The notes: a model not told the origin generated them from the sequence alone. 64,000 bases of DNA from Adineta vaga (GCA_021613535.1 CP075495.1:8866001-8930000); one strand, 5' to 3'. Shown: positions 46,452 through 61,862, numbered from the stretch's first letter. Program-made: numbers and translations.

Positions 46452-48517
46452 TTATTGTTGTCTAGAATCACCAGTTGCCGATGATTGATTTGCTTGTTCA
46501 TCTACTGTTGATTTAGTTTGTTGACGTTGGGTATCACCGGCTGCGTTAGATTCTCCGTTTTTACCTTCTTCACTGTTATTTTGTTGATCATCCTGATGTT
46601 GTTGATTGTCTCTGTTACCTCCTAGAAATGAGCATCAATCACAAGGTAGTCTCAACGATATTCAAATCAAATAAACATACCTCGTTGACGAAATCGTCCT
46701 CGACCACGACCACGACCTTTGAAATAAAAAACAATAACTTATTTTTTTTAAACTCAACATATTTTCGTCTCAAATTACCACGACCACGAAATCCTCGTCC
46801 ACCATATCCATATCCATAATAGTTTCCATAATAATATGACATACCATAGGGATCATAATAACCTGATAGAAAATTCAAATGAAATAAATAGAAACATGTC
46901 GAAATCGATTCTACCTGGTTCCATGAAGTAACCATGGTTTTGATAGCCACCACCACGACCCCAACCACGTCGTGGATATCGTGTTTGTGTTTGATCAACG
47001 TTACCATCATCTTGATTATCTTGTTGATTATCATTATTTGCACCACCGTCTTTATTATTAGTTCGACTTCGTCGACGATTTCTTGGTGCTAGACGACGAG
47101 CTACTTTAATTACCATTTTACGAACAACATTTCTAACTATAGTTTCATCATCTTTCGGTTTTGGAGGTTGTCCTAAGAAAATTTAGATCGATATTAGAGA
47201 AAAAAAAATTCAATTTAGAAAAATACAAATATTGCTTACGTTCTTCAGTTTCTACACCACTTTGACTACCGTTTGTATTACGACGTCGTCTATTAGAGAA
47301 AATCAATCAATCAAGAGAAATAGCGATCGATGTAAGACACGTACCGACGATTAGATCGTTTACGCTGTTGATGACCAGGACCTTTATTTTCATCTTGTTG
47401 TTGATCATCAGTGACAGCTCTGAAAATTAAAATTCAAAGGAATTTCGATTATGATTTTCAAATCCTTCTACCCATCATTTTGTTGTTCGATGCCAGAAGT
47501 TTCATCATTGTTCTGTCTACGATGTTGACGACGCTTAGAATTACGTCGTTGTCGATTATTGTTAGTACTATTTTCATTATTATCACCTTGTTGTTGATAC
47601 GTATTATTTTCTTCTTCATTATTATAAGCACTACAAAAAAAGTGAGAGAATATTCATTTGAAAAAGTTTTCTTACACAAATGAAAACAAACTTGTCATCA
47701 TTTTGAAATCGTCTTTGTCCAGAACCACGACGGCCACCACGTCCACCACGTCCACGACCACGACGAAAACCTCGGAAACCACGCGTCGAAAAATCATTAT
47801 AACCTTCTTGTTCTGATAGGTCACCGCCTACTTGACCAAATCCACGACCACGCATTGGTGCACCAAAATATGCTTCAATAGAATAAGATCAATTTTGTAT
47901 TCAAATACTAAATGCACACAACTCACCTCCTGTTGGTGGTGGTCCATAATTGCCTCCTTGACCATTCATATAATTTCGATAAGGTGTAAAAGGTCGACCA
48001 AAATTTCCGTAAAATGGTCTACCACGACTGAAATTTCCTCGACCTAAGCAAGTAAACCATAGGAATTAAATAGTTATTGAAAATGTCTCTTTTACCACGA
48101 CCACGTCGAAAACCTCCTCTCCAACCACCACGTCCACGACCTATGATCGAACAAAACATCAAATAATATTGAAACTTTTTCATTATTTGTTTTTTTTGCA
48201 TACCACGAAAATTATTCATATTATCATTTTCTTGATTGTTATTATCATCAGAATTATTTGATCGTTGTGTGTCGTCATCATTTGAATAACGAATTTCATC
48301 TTCACCTAGATCTTGATTTTGTCGTCCACTACCTATTCAATATTTTCATTTAATCTGATTGATACATTAAGAGTAAATGAACATGATTATTCTTACCACC
48401 CGGTCGTTTACGATAGAAATGTCGTGCACGATGTTGAAAAGGTACTTGCTGTTGTTGATGTATTGGTCCTCGGCCATCATCATCTACTTGAACGTTATTA
48501 TTTCGTTGACTATACAT
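46452..48517 (-). CDS. RGG/Arg-rich, N/Q/D-rich intrinsically disordered protein, about 12 exons; no folded domain recognised
   Basis: Hand-splicing keeps one frame from MYSQRNNN to ...ATGDSRQQ*. Blocks GRGRGGWRGGFRRGR, RGFRGFRRGRGRGGRGGRRG and GRGRGRGRFRQRG alternate with acidic N/Q tracts. An additional upstream exon is not excluded. Confidence 0.75.
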
Positions 48518-49141
48518 GGAGAATATCTGAAAGCGAATCTATCAAAGAATATATTGATTTTTCTACAGATAAAAGAACATGATCAGTTGAGAATTTTCGC
48601 GCCGAAATTAAATAACTAAATTTTATTTGAATGTGAATTACATAGAGAATATATTTTATGTGGAAAGCAAATGAAGGAAAAAAAACATGAATAGATCTTG
48701 GTTGCCTCCACTTTTGTATCTTCGACATACTGACGATATAACGAGGGATAACTATATTTATCTTTCTTTCTCTTGAAATGTTCATGGAAAAACATGGACG
48801 AGACTATATATATATGTATAGATAGATAGATATGGACTTTTTTTTTCTTCGTCCCGAATTGTCTACATCGTGCGATGTATGCATATATGTATATCTCTAG
48901 ATGAAGCAAGAGAGAGAGAGAGAAAGAGAACGAGAAAGGAAAAGATGAAATTCGATATTCTTCTCTTCTCTTACTGTTTATAGTTAAAAATAATAGATTG
49001 GTAGAAAAAAAAAACAAAAGATGTCTTTTAGGAATTTTATGTTCATTAACAAGCAAAAACATAAACATGAGAAACTTTAAAAGAAAAAAAAAACACCGGT
49101 ATGTATAATAAACAAGTAGGAAGAAAGACGACTACTGTAGA

Positions 49142-51499
<2,358 letters not shown>

Positions 51500-51868
51500 T
51501 GTATATTTGTTGAATTAATTTTGTTTAAGACAATCACTCTAGTCTTCTTCAGAATATTTGTTTATTTGTTGGGAAAGAATACCTACGTATATGATTGGTT
51601 AGAATCTATTCAACATAAATAATAAATTATGAAATAAAATGTAATTAATAAGCAAAATGTTTTGCAATTATAAAAGATTATTTCTCAAAATCTGATGAAA
51701 TATATCTAACGAATCATTGATGGAATTGCATTGACCAATCAGAATTAATGAGATGCGTCATCGTATTCTGACACACACACACAAAAAGCAAACAGTTGTT
51801 TTTAAAAATTTTTTTCTTCAAAAACAAGATTGTACATATTCAAACGAGAATTAAAAATATTAATCTCA
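51500..51868. promoter_or_regulatory. Probable bidirectional promoter ELP3/MVB12
   Basis: Divergent ATGs about 370 bp apart, with opposed CCAAT boxes (attgg about 51594, ccaat about 51735) and a CRE-like tgcgtca at about 51754. Confidence 0.5.
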
Positions 51869-52985
51869 ATGAATGATACACAGTTACCGATAACAGGCAT
51901 TTGTTTAGTTTCGAAACCAAACAATGTTCCAACTGGTTATCTTTGTATTAGAAAAGGTAAAGAATGACACTATTTTTTTAATTGGATTTGAGATAGAATA
52001 CGTTCGAATAAGTCCTTCACATCAGCAGTAAGAGTTCGATAGAGTAACAGAAAATACCTGAATGTAACGATGTTGCATATAAACTTTATCGATTTTGAAG
52101 ATTGGAAATGTATGAAAATATCAGATGTTTCATTGTTCATAAATTTGTCAACTAAATATTTTTGATTATTCTTACCATGTTCTCTGTCATCTGTATTCGA
52201 TTTGTTTTGCAAGAAAAATTCTCTACTAAGCAGTTAACCAATAACTATTCATGGAATTTTTTTTAGCTTTTGATGATACGAATCGTGATGCTGATCTCAT
52301 GGCTGACTCATTACTTGAACGAAAAGATCGTTTTCTTTGTATAACACGTGCATGGCCATTAACTGACATGCGTACACTTGGAAGTGATTGCGCACGTGTT
52401 CTCGAAGATATTAAACTTATCAATGAACGTGATAATCCTCCACAAAATTATTCACCTTTAGCTTATACATCTGATACACGTGAAAAGGGTACAGCAAAAA
52501 GATTAATCTGTGTCAGAATGGTTGAAAGACAAGCAGGTATGAAATGTATATGTGATATTGTATTTCTTTATCGTTCAAAACGTCCACCTCAATTTTATAC
52601 ACTCATTGGCGATATAAATGGTTTACAAATGTGTGTAAAAGAAGGTACTGTTCCACCTTTACGTCCATCAGCAACTGTTGCATCACAACCTCAATCGAAT
52701 CTCTATCCAAATCCAATGGCTGATCAGTCCTTTCAAACATCACATCAACAAGCACCATATCCAACAGCTGATTATTCGAATACAAATACTCTTGGAAAGA
52801 AAAGTGATGAAAAAGAAATACTAGATTGTATTCCATTTGAAATTAATCCGAAATATTTAGCTGCACTGAGAAAGAATCCCAACGGAAATGATCTGACTGG
52901 TTTAGAAACTTTTCGAATTTTATCATCTTACGAAATTGATCAATATTATAATTATGATTTCAATATCGAACGATCAACTCTTTAA
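51869..52985 (+). CDS. MVB12: ESCRT-I subunit MVB12 (MABP plus UMA domains), 2 exons (51869-51956, 52267-52985)
   Basis: PITGICLVS...PTGYLCIRK|AFDDTNRDADL..RFLC, GDINGLQMCVK, LDCIPFEINPKY and the C-terminal UMA motif YNYDFNIER. Confidence 0.88.
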
Positions 52986-53382
52986 TAGCAATCTCGTAGA
53001 AAACGAAAATAGTTGTCGAATGAAGTCGTCCACATTCAACTTATGTGGACAATATCTAGATCTTTGATGTTTTTATCTATCAGTTTTTTCTTCTTCTTTT
53101 CTCATGTTTAAAACATATTCTTTGAATTCTTGGTTCACTTTTCTTTTCTCATTCTCTTCGCAAATATAAAAAACAAACAATATTTAGTTCTAAAGAAATC
53201 TGAAGTACTTCCATTTCATTTCACATGTAAAATATTCATTGAAATTGATTAATCGTCTGTTCACCATATACAATTTTAATTTCCGATTCATTTTATTCGA
53301 AGAGTTTTGCACAAAAAAAACTAATTTCCGAAAGAAAACAAGTTTCCATCGACAGTTAATTAATTAATAAAAATTTTTAGTT

Positions 53383-54613
53383 TTAAAAATGTGTTTTCAT
53401 AGCAATCATATGACGTTGTAATCGATCAGCATATTCACTTGCCCATGAATTTAATTGTGGTGCCATTGATTGAACTAATTCATCAATCGTATTGAAAACA
53501 TTCTTTATTCGAGCATCATCCATTAAATAAGTTTTCATTTCGTTTGGAAATGGCATAGGCAAACGATTACTATCATCTCTGATATAATGGCATGACGAGC
53601 TATATAAAGAATAATTGATGATAATAAACGAATATTTAACCATTGTGTATGATTAAGTTGTCCGCAGATTAAACGATATTTAATTGGTTTGAAGAGAAGA
53701 GTTTTAATCAATCCACGAAAGATAAAAATGGAAATAATAAGAAACTTTGTAGTAAAGTGATCTAATTGTCTTAAATGATTTTGTTTCATTTTAATATAGC
53801 TTATTGAAAGAAGATGTTTTTCAATCGACCAAAAATAATTCGTTGGATATTGGTCAAGTGAACAATTTGCAAGATAGATTAGAACAGATTCATAACTGCA
53901 CGTACCGATAAGTCCATCTTTTGGTATTAAATTTGTAATTTGATCAAAAATAACTTGAACACAATGAAATAATATTCTTTGATCTAATAATTGTATAGAA
54001 TTTCTAATGACATGTGATAGCGTTTGATAGATTGAACAATTCGGATCGAGATAAGCACGATGTACAACTGTTAATAGTTCGAAAAAACGTATACGATGAT
54101 AATCATATTCATAATAATTGAATTTCTTTTTTGTTAAACGTAAATTTTTCCTTAACATAAAATAGAATATGAAAATTGTTCCATAAATTTTCCAGCGTTG
54201 TTTCGCATTGAATCGTTTTTTTAAATAATGTCTTTGTGAATAGTATATATTGTAACTAATTTGTAAACGATAATCATCTTGTGCCGAACGAACATTCGAA
54301 GATTTGTGACTTATGGATTTTAAAGATGAAAAATCATGTTGAGGACAACTATTACAATGAAATGATGTTCGTTGATGAACACCTCGAACTAGTGGAAAAC
54401 TAATCGGAGTTTTAGATTTCGATGCAATAGGATTTGTATTCATAGAATTATTAATACTTAAAGTTGTTCTTGGCGGTAGTGATCGTAATGGTTTATATGT
54501 TGTTTTCCGAGAAAAGATGTCGATGCTAATAGATGCTGTCGATTAACACGCTTTGTAAGAATTTCTTGTACAGCTAGTTTTTCAATTTCAGCATCAATAT
54601 CAAACGAATCCAT
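53383..54613 (-). CDS. Uncharacterised intronless protein broken by two apparent frameshifts (about 54513 and 53585)
   Basis: Three overlapping coding-like frames: MDSFDIDAEIEKLAVQEIL..., ORF 53535-54443 and ORF 53383-53643. No usable intron lies at either switch. No family recognised. Confidence 0.6.
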
Positions 54614-54892
54614 TGATTTCTTAACAGAATCTGTTGGTGGCCAGTTACCAAGATGAAAATCAATACTTCACTGTATGTCGTTTCTTTCTTCTTATTCTCG
54701 TTTTTTTAATCAAAATAAATCTTACATTCCTGCTGTTCTCATTAAATCACCAACGAAATAAACACAAAAAAAACTGAATGAGAAATCTTTCAAATTATAC
54801 ACGAAACAAATAAACATGATACAACAATGTGCGAAGAACAAAGAACACACATATATATACGTATATGTATAAATTGATAATTGCTTTTGTAA

Positions 54893-55706
54893 TCAAACAT
54901 GTTGAAAAGGATTCATGAGACTTTGTAAAAATGGATCTCGTATTAAACCTTGAATAAATTCTTCTTTCGATATACATTGATCTTCATTGACATCGAGATT
55001 TTTCATAATTGTATCAGCACATTGATTATATGAAACTTTATGTGATTTTTCTTCACTCATTCCTAATAATTCAAACATTGCATGTAGAATGAAAAGAATT
55101 TCTGCTCGATCAATTGAACTATTTCGATCGATATCATAAACATTGAATGCATAACGAAGTTTATCTTCTAATGGTGCCTCAGTTGTTGAAACATAAGCAA
55201 CAAGAAACTAAAAATAAAACAGATATATATATAATTAGTTTTTGTTATGATGAAACAATTTCATCTTAAATATCCCCAAGGACCTCTTGACTAATTTTCA
55301 AGTACGGTTTTCTCTTCTAGTGAAAGAAAAACAACCCTATTATCTATTATAAAAGATGGCCTTCACACATTTTTGAATTGAAAAAACTTGTCGAATTCAA
55401 TAAGAAATTTCGGATAACAAAAATGATAGAAAATATTGATAAACTTACTTCCGAAAAAGTAATACCATGATCACCATTTAAATCAAAAGCACGAAAAACA
55501 TTTTCACTTAGACTTTTAACATTTTCGTTTGGACGAAGTTCTTGATAAAATTTACAGAATTGTTCCTTCGTCATGGTTGTTGAACCAGGATCACAATGTT
55601 GATTAAAACGTTGTTGCCATGCGAATATATCTTCACGTTTTAATTGAGAATGTTTACCGATTGTTTCATAAACATATTCTTCAATTTTAGTTTGATTCGA
55701 ACCCAT
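54893..55706 (-). CDS. Neuronal calcium sensor (recoverin/neurocalcin family) EF-hand protein A, 2 coding exons
   Basis: N-terminal MG (myristoylation candidate), VFRAFDLNGDHGITFSE|F, KLRYAFNVYDIDRNSSID and LDVNEDQCISKEEFIQG..DP. Confidence 0.88.
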
Positions 55707-56261
55707 TAGATAATCGTTTTTTTGTGTCAATCTAAAGACTATTTATATGCAAAATTTTTCTAATTCTTTACTCTATAGGTCGCTTCTATTCTTTTCTCTC
55801 TTTCTTGTCTGATGAATAATCTGCAAATATATATATATATATTTTTATCGACTGTTAGGTTTTTTCTTCTTTCTTTTTTCTCTTCTTTGATACGACAAAA
55901 ATAGAGAAGAAGAAAAAAAGCAATTGAGGTACCAATGCCTGCTCAAAAGTATTTTATCTAATCTATTTCTTTCCTCAGAAACGTTTCCTTTAGCTTTACG
56001 AACAGTCGAGCTAATATTGATTTGTTTCTATTTCTTTATCCACTATCCAGAGATTGTTTTCTAAGATAACTGAAGGAAACAAAGGCAGTCACCGTACGAA
56101 ATTAAAGACAGTCAACATTATGTTTATTTTTCCATCTTGATTATAATGTGACATATGATTCAAGAAGGCAGAAATTTTCATCTGATAAATATATCTATTC
56201 AAGTAAGAGAAGATTTTATTCAAGGTAGAAAGAAAATGAATGTTTGCATGATTAGATCAGT

Positions 56262-56808
56262 TCAGTGAAGTTCTGCAGGTGTTAAATTAGTTTTTTGGAT
56301 GTTATCTTGTTTGGTTAGAATGGTATTATTCAATCGTTGAATTAGATGTTGACGACGCTCTTGAGGTTCTTTAAGAGAAATAAAAAATCCACCGTTGATT
56401 CGAAATCGTACGATAAATTTTAGAATTAATTCATCCAGTGCCATGTTTTCTGTTATTCTATGTAACAAAAAAAAAGAAGAAAGGAATTGAATGTATATAA
56501 GAATGAAAAGAAGAATTATTACGATGAATATTTACTACATAATTTATCGAGTATATCAAAACATTGAATAGGATTAAGATAATCAAGTTTCGATGATAAT
56601 TCATTGAAATTATCATTTATGTCATTATCAGCTAATTGATTACATTCAGCAACGTTTTCGTCATTCATTGCTGTCAATCCTTTTCCAATACCTAAATCGA
56701 ATGGTACAATTAAATATCAACACCTATAATTATTCTACACTTACTTCCTGAACAATATGGACATAAACATTTTCCCGAGTTATTCGTATGTGAATTACTT
56801 TCACACAT
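56262..56808 (-). CDS. Small orphan protein (about 140 aa) with N-terminal CLCPYC motif, 3 coding exons
   Basis: Two GT-AG introns splice in frame: MCESNSHTNNSGKCLCPYCSG|SIGKGLTAMND...CSKYSS|ITENMALDEL...TPAELH*. Confidence 0.6.
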
Positions 56809-57294
56809 TGTTTTTCTTCTTTAGAAAAGAAAATAAAGGCTTTTCGTGTTTTGTTTTACCTGTGCATCCTTTCGCAAACGAAAATGAAATACTTGATAAG
56901 AAAAATATCAAACATATTTTTAATCTAAATGGTTGATGATGTCATTAGCAGAAATTTGAGAAACTCATCTATTAATCTTTAATCGAAAGAAATATTTATA
57001 TATTTATTACTTTAAAAAAATATTTTCATCATCAATATAGTCTCTAGATGTCAGTAATTGATTCAAGAATAAAGAAGTAAGTTAAGACTTTTTTATTATT
57101 ATCATGAATATTCTCGACAAAAGGAACACGCAAAAAAGAAAATAAATTTTTTTCATATCAGATCAATGCATTGTTAAAGAATAAAATTCTCCAATTATAC
57201 TTTGGCTTTTTTTTATGGCTATATATATATAGAACATACATATTTTCATGAACATGAAAAAGAAAAAAGAAAATAATTTTCAATGTATTTAAGA

Positions 57295-58599
57295 CTAGAG
57301 TTTATGTAAATTAACACCTCGTGCTGTTGATATAGCAAGCATATCTTGATCGAATACAGTCGCACAAAATGGTGGTGGATTATATGCAGTAGATGATTTG
57401 ACTTTGCCATCTTTTGATATATGAAATATTCGAGACGTATTTCGATCTACAACCAGCCATTCACTATGAGTTATTAAACAACATCGTGTTCGAATATTTT
57501 GACTATATGCAATATTTAATCGAACAGACCAAAGTCGATCTAATGTTGCCGACGATCTCATTTCAATATGTATCGTTTTTTCTGATGGATTTTTAATCAT
57601 CATACAAATTGTTCCATTATTATAAACAATACCATTAATAACTTCATCACGTGTACATGTATCCGGCGATTGCCATTGTTTAACAAGTTCAATTGTAGGT
57701 GATAAACTAAATTCCATAACTGATGATCCCCATACTTTCGTCGAAAGAAATAAAGATGTTTCAGATGTTGTACACGATAACCATTTACTCTTTTGTAATG
57801 TTTGAATATTTTCAATTGACATATGTTCTTCATCAACAAGAAAAATATCACTACCATTAATAACAATAAAACGATTTAATGTAGATGACCAACACATATC
57901 ATAAATTGTTCCATAAATCCATGAATTTTGTTTGATTATGGTTAAATCTCGATCAACAAGACAAAGATTTGGTTCTTGATGTATTAATAAATAACGATTA
58001 TTACATGCTAATGGTGCCCAATTTTCACGTGGATAATTGATTGATTTATTTATGGGTGTTAATGTTGATAGATCAAAACGATTCATATCTGAATCTTCAA
58101 TTTGAATTAAACTATCATCGAGTATTAATGGTTTTATTTCTACACGAAATGATGTTTGTTCAATTTTACTCATTTCTTGTTCAAGATCACGTACAGTAGA
58201 TGTTAAGGAATCAATATCTCGATGTGTTGCTTCTTGTTCTTGTATTAGTTCGGATAATTTCGTTCGCATTTGACTGATTTCTTGTCGTTGTTTTCCCATT
58301 TTTTTCGCAATAAATCGATCGATTTCTCGACATTTTTTATCAAAAAAATAATCAATCGTTTTATGACAATCACCACGCCATTCTTCTAATTTCTTACGTG
58401 AATCACTTATCGAATCATCTAAATGAATTGAATTCAATCGATCACCAATTGCATTGATTTCATCCGATAAAGGATTTAATTGTGAGTTCAATGATAAATC
58501 ATGTTCACGTTTATGCTCCCGACAAAAGTTTTGATTACATCCATAACATAATGTTTGTGATATTCGTCTACATGATTGAATCGCGCACGATTGAGGCAT
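57295..58599 (-). CDS. Intronless B-box-like zinc finger plus coiled coil plus beta-propeller-like protein (paralogue 1)
   Basis: 434-aa ORF: CAIQSC-x7-CYGC-x4-CREH-x3-H, a helical heptad region, then beta-rich repeats (IYDMCWSS, WLSCTTS, WLVVD). The fold assignment is inferred. Confidence 0.82.
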   Translation of the reverse strand: MPQSCAIQSCRRISQTLCYGCNQNFCREHKREHDLSLNSQLNPLSDEINAIGDRLNSIHLDDSISDSRKKLEEWRGDCHKTIDYFFDKKCREIDRFIAKKMGKQRQEISQMRTKLSELIQEQEATHRDIDSLTSTVRDLEQEMSKIEQTSFRVEIKPLILDDSLIQIEDSDMNRFDLSTLTPINKSINYPRENWAPLACNNRYLLIHQEPNLCLVDRDLTIIKQNSWIYGTIYDMCWSSTLNRFIVINGSDIFLVDEEHMSIENIQTLQKSKWLSCTTSETSLFLSTKVWGSSVMEFSLSPTIELVKQWQSPDTCTRDEVINGIVYNNGTICMMIKNPSEKTIHIEMRSSATLDRLWSVRLNIAYSQNIRTRCCLITHSEWLVVDRNTSRIFHISKDGKVKSSTAYNPPPFCATVFDQDMLAISTARGVNLHKL

Positions 58600-59803
58600 T
58601 GTCTATTGATTGAAACAAATAAAATACCTGCTGCCTTTTCTCTTATGGTAATTATTAAAGAAAAAATTGAAGAGAAAAAAATGAATATTTCGTACTCAAA
58701 GAAAATAAATACAATTGTTTGTTTGCAGAAAAAAGTAACCGTTGCTCGACACTCTCAAGTGATCAGGGGTGAAAGTGCAGTGTAAATGAATACGAAAACA
58801 ATTTTTATAAAAGAAAATTCTTTTTGGGCGGAGTTTTGAATGCAATATTTCTATTGAAATAACAAAAAGAAAACGAAGATGAAAAACATTTAATCACATT
58901 TTTTAAAAAGGTACGAAAGATCTAACTTTCTTTTAGATCGATCAACGACATCTTTCAAAGGTTTCATTCTTTCTTCACTCAAAGAAATTCTTGAAAAATA
59001 TGTTATTTTTTCTCCCTTCTTTTTTTTTATAAGCAGAAGACTGCAATGTTTTTTATTCGTATGCTCGATAAACAGAAAATTTCTCTCTTCGTCATCACAA
59101 ACTTGATTTATTTATTCTTTAAGAACATCCAATTAAGTTCATTGATGATATATACAACAACTCTATTCTTACACGTTTTTCTATTACAAAAAAAAACTTC
59201 GTTTCATCATGACATTTTGATGTAGATAATTATGGAGAGATAATAGATTTTTGGTTTAAGGAAATCATAACGATTTACCATTCATTATCAGTCATTGTTA
59301 ATATGGTAACAAAATGTCAATAGATTAAGGTCATGTTCTTACAGCAATCAATAATGACATGCAGTTCTTTCACATTTTTCAAATAAGAAGCCTATCAAAG
59401 ACTTTTTCTTGGTAAATACACTCTGAGTTTAAAAAAAAGAAGAGAACTCTTGAATGAAATCCAGTAAGATTCCAGATCAATGTTGATACAGTGAATTTTC
59501 GATAAGATGTTATTATGTCAATAGAATGAGACAATAAATGGACAGAAACTTTATATATGTCGACGAATATTCTATAGTTAAGATTTGAATTATTTATTTA
59601 CTAATTTTAACAAGTCGAACAGACGGCAACTAAAAAGTGTTAATCATATGACGTAGACTTTCTTTTTATAGAATTCAGATGACAATACAAATCTTTGATT
59701 TCTACACTTTGATAGAAAAGTTTTATCAATATATCAGTTGTTATTCTGTCACAAGTGAATTAGTAAATGACTCAAGTCATATATAGATAAGAAAATATCT
59801 CTA

Positions 59804-61097
59804 TTAAAATTTATGTAATTGAACTGCGAGTTTTGTTGATACAGCTAATATATTATTTCTGAATGTAGTTGTACAACATGGTGCTGGTCGATATTCAAAT
59901 ATTGCTTTCAATTTACCATCATTTGATATATGTAAAAGTCTTGAACTCGTATGATCAGCAATGATCCATTCATCACGATTAATCAAACAAAATCGATAGG
60001 CTTGTCTTTCATTATAAATTATATCCAATGGAAGTGACCAAATTCGAATTAATGTTGTTGCAGAACGTAATTCTAATCGAACAAATTTTCTTACATCATT
60101 ACTAATCATAATTGCTAATGTATCATTATGATAAAATATTCCATCAATCGCTTCGTCTTTCGTACATGTATCTGGTGATTCCCATCGTTTATGAAATGAC
60201 ATAGAATTGGTAAGATTAAATTCTAAAATTGAAGAACTATAAACTTTTGTTGAAAGATAAAGAATTGAATTTGAACATGTACAAGAAAACCAATGTTGAT
60301 AGGGAATTGAATGAACTTTATTTATAGTCATTGTTTCTTTATCAAAAAGAAAGACTTCATGTTCATTAATGATTATAAATTGTTTTAATACAGATGAATA
60401 ACACATATCATAAATAGGTCCATGTGTCCATGGAACATTTTTTATATGTGGTTAATAATTCGTCAACTAATAATAATGAATCTTGATGGTGTAATAATAG
60501 AAATTCATTATCAGTTGCTAATGATGTAAAACTACCACGACTTCGTTGAATAATTCGATAAGCAGGTGAAACATTTAAAATATTAAATAATTGTTCATAG
60601 GTAATCAGATTTTTATCAATAACTAATGGATTGATTTGAAGTTGAATATTACTTTGTAAAAGTCGATTTATATCATTTTGAAGTGATTGAATTTTGAATG
60701 TCAATAATTGAACTAATTCATGTGTTGTATCTTGTTCACGCATTGATGTCATAATTCTTGTACGAATATTCAGTAATTCTTGTTCATGTTGTTTGATCAT
60801 TTCCACAACATACGCATCTAATTCTTTAACTTTATCAGCACAATACGCATCAATTGCTTGATGAGCTTTTTGACGCCAATCTTCAAGTTTTTCAAATGGT
60901 AATCGAAGAATAGCAAGTTTATCTATGCCTTTTAATTGATCTTGAATTTGATTAACTTGATCAATTAATGGATTCAATTGTAAATGTGTCGATAATGAAT
61001 GTTCAAACATATGTTCTCGACAGAAACTTAATTTACAACCATGACATAGAGCATGTTGTAAACGTTCACATGTCTCAACTGAACAATTCCCTAACAT
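59804..61097 (-). CDS. Paralogue 2 of the B-box/coiled-coil/propeller gene, split by a 1-nt frameshift at about 60438-60443 (error or pseudogene)
   Basis: ORFs 60408-61097 and 59804-60406 align end to end with 57295-58599 (FCREH, QLNPL, KLE.WR, W.SPDTCT.DE.I.GI.Y, LAxST..xxLHK). Confidence 0.8.
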
Positions 61098-61682
61098 TTT
61101 GAAAATCTAAAACGGCACAAAAAATTTGAATTTATTTTGTAACAACAAAACTCGAATGGACTTTAATGCACATGGTTTCCTTTTTCTGTAGTATAAAATG
61201 ATTGAAAAAACAAATACAATAGAGTAAAGGAAGGAGAAATGTTGAAAATATTATTTATTTTCGTAAGAAGAATGTTCTGATAATTGAGAAATTGCTTGAA
61301 ATATGTGAGGATCGAGATTTGGATCTTAATTCTCGTATATATTATGCATCTGATGATTGACAAACACACTATGTAGGTTCACCTGATAATTTAAGATAAC
61401 TGTACTGTATAAGGTCTTGATCATCTGTCAGATGTCGCATACAGTCAATGTTTGGAATATATTCTAACATAAATTTATCGAAATATTTTCAAATAAAATT
61501 GATTTTTATTATTTAAAATGTTTCAATTTGTATCTTTCATTCGTCTATTATTTGATATTTTCTTGAAACTAAGCAACAACAGATGAAAATGACTTCTAAA
61601 ATGGCTTCTCTTCAAATCGATTGATTTTTGTTAAATCATGCATTTATCTGTCAACATCTTGTTTTGTAGATAATATTCAATA

Positions 61683-61862
61683 ATGGCTAGTACAAAAATG
61701 TTTACGAAGAATCATCATACATCCAATACATCTTCAACGTCTTTCTTTCAACAACAGCAACAACAAACATCATCAATGCCAAATTCAAATTTCGATGAGG
61801 AAACAACATTGACACAAGAAATGCATGTTAAAATGGCAAAAAAGATTGCTCAACTAACTAAA
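61683..61862 (+). CDS. FAM184: FAM184A/B homologue, first coding exon only (gene continues beyond the window)
   Basis: TQEMHVKMAKKIAQLTK followed by donor GTATGT matches the conserved FAM184 N-terminal motif (KMSKKIAQLTKVIYALN). Confidence 0.78.

Noticed and set aside
48616-49068. 150-aa minus-strand ORF upstream of the RGG gene
   Set aside because: Translation of CT/TA microsatellite promoter or UTR sequence; composition is not protein-like.
53020-53065. ATGA followed by hairpin GTCCACAT/ATGTGGAC in the MVB12 3' UTR, considered as a SECIS element
   Set aside because: No GA opposite the AUGA to form the quartet, and MVB12 has no in-frame TGA.
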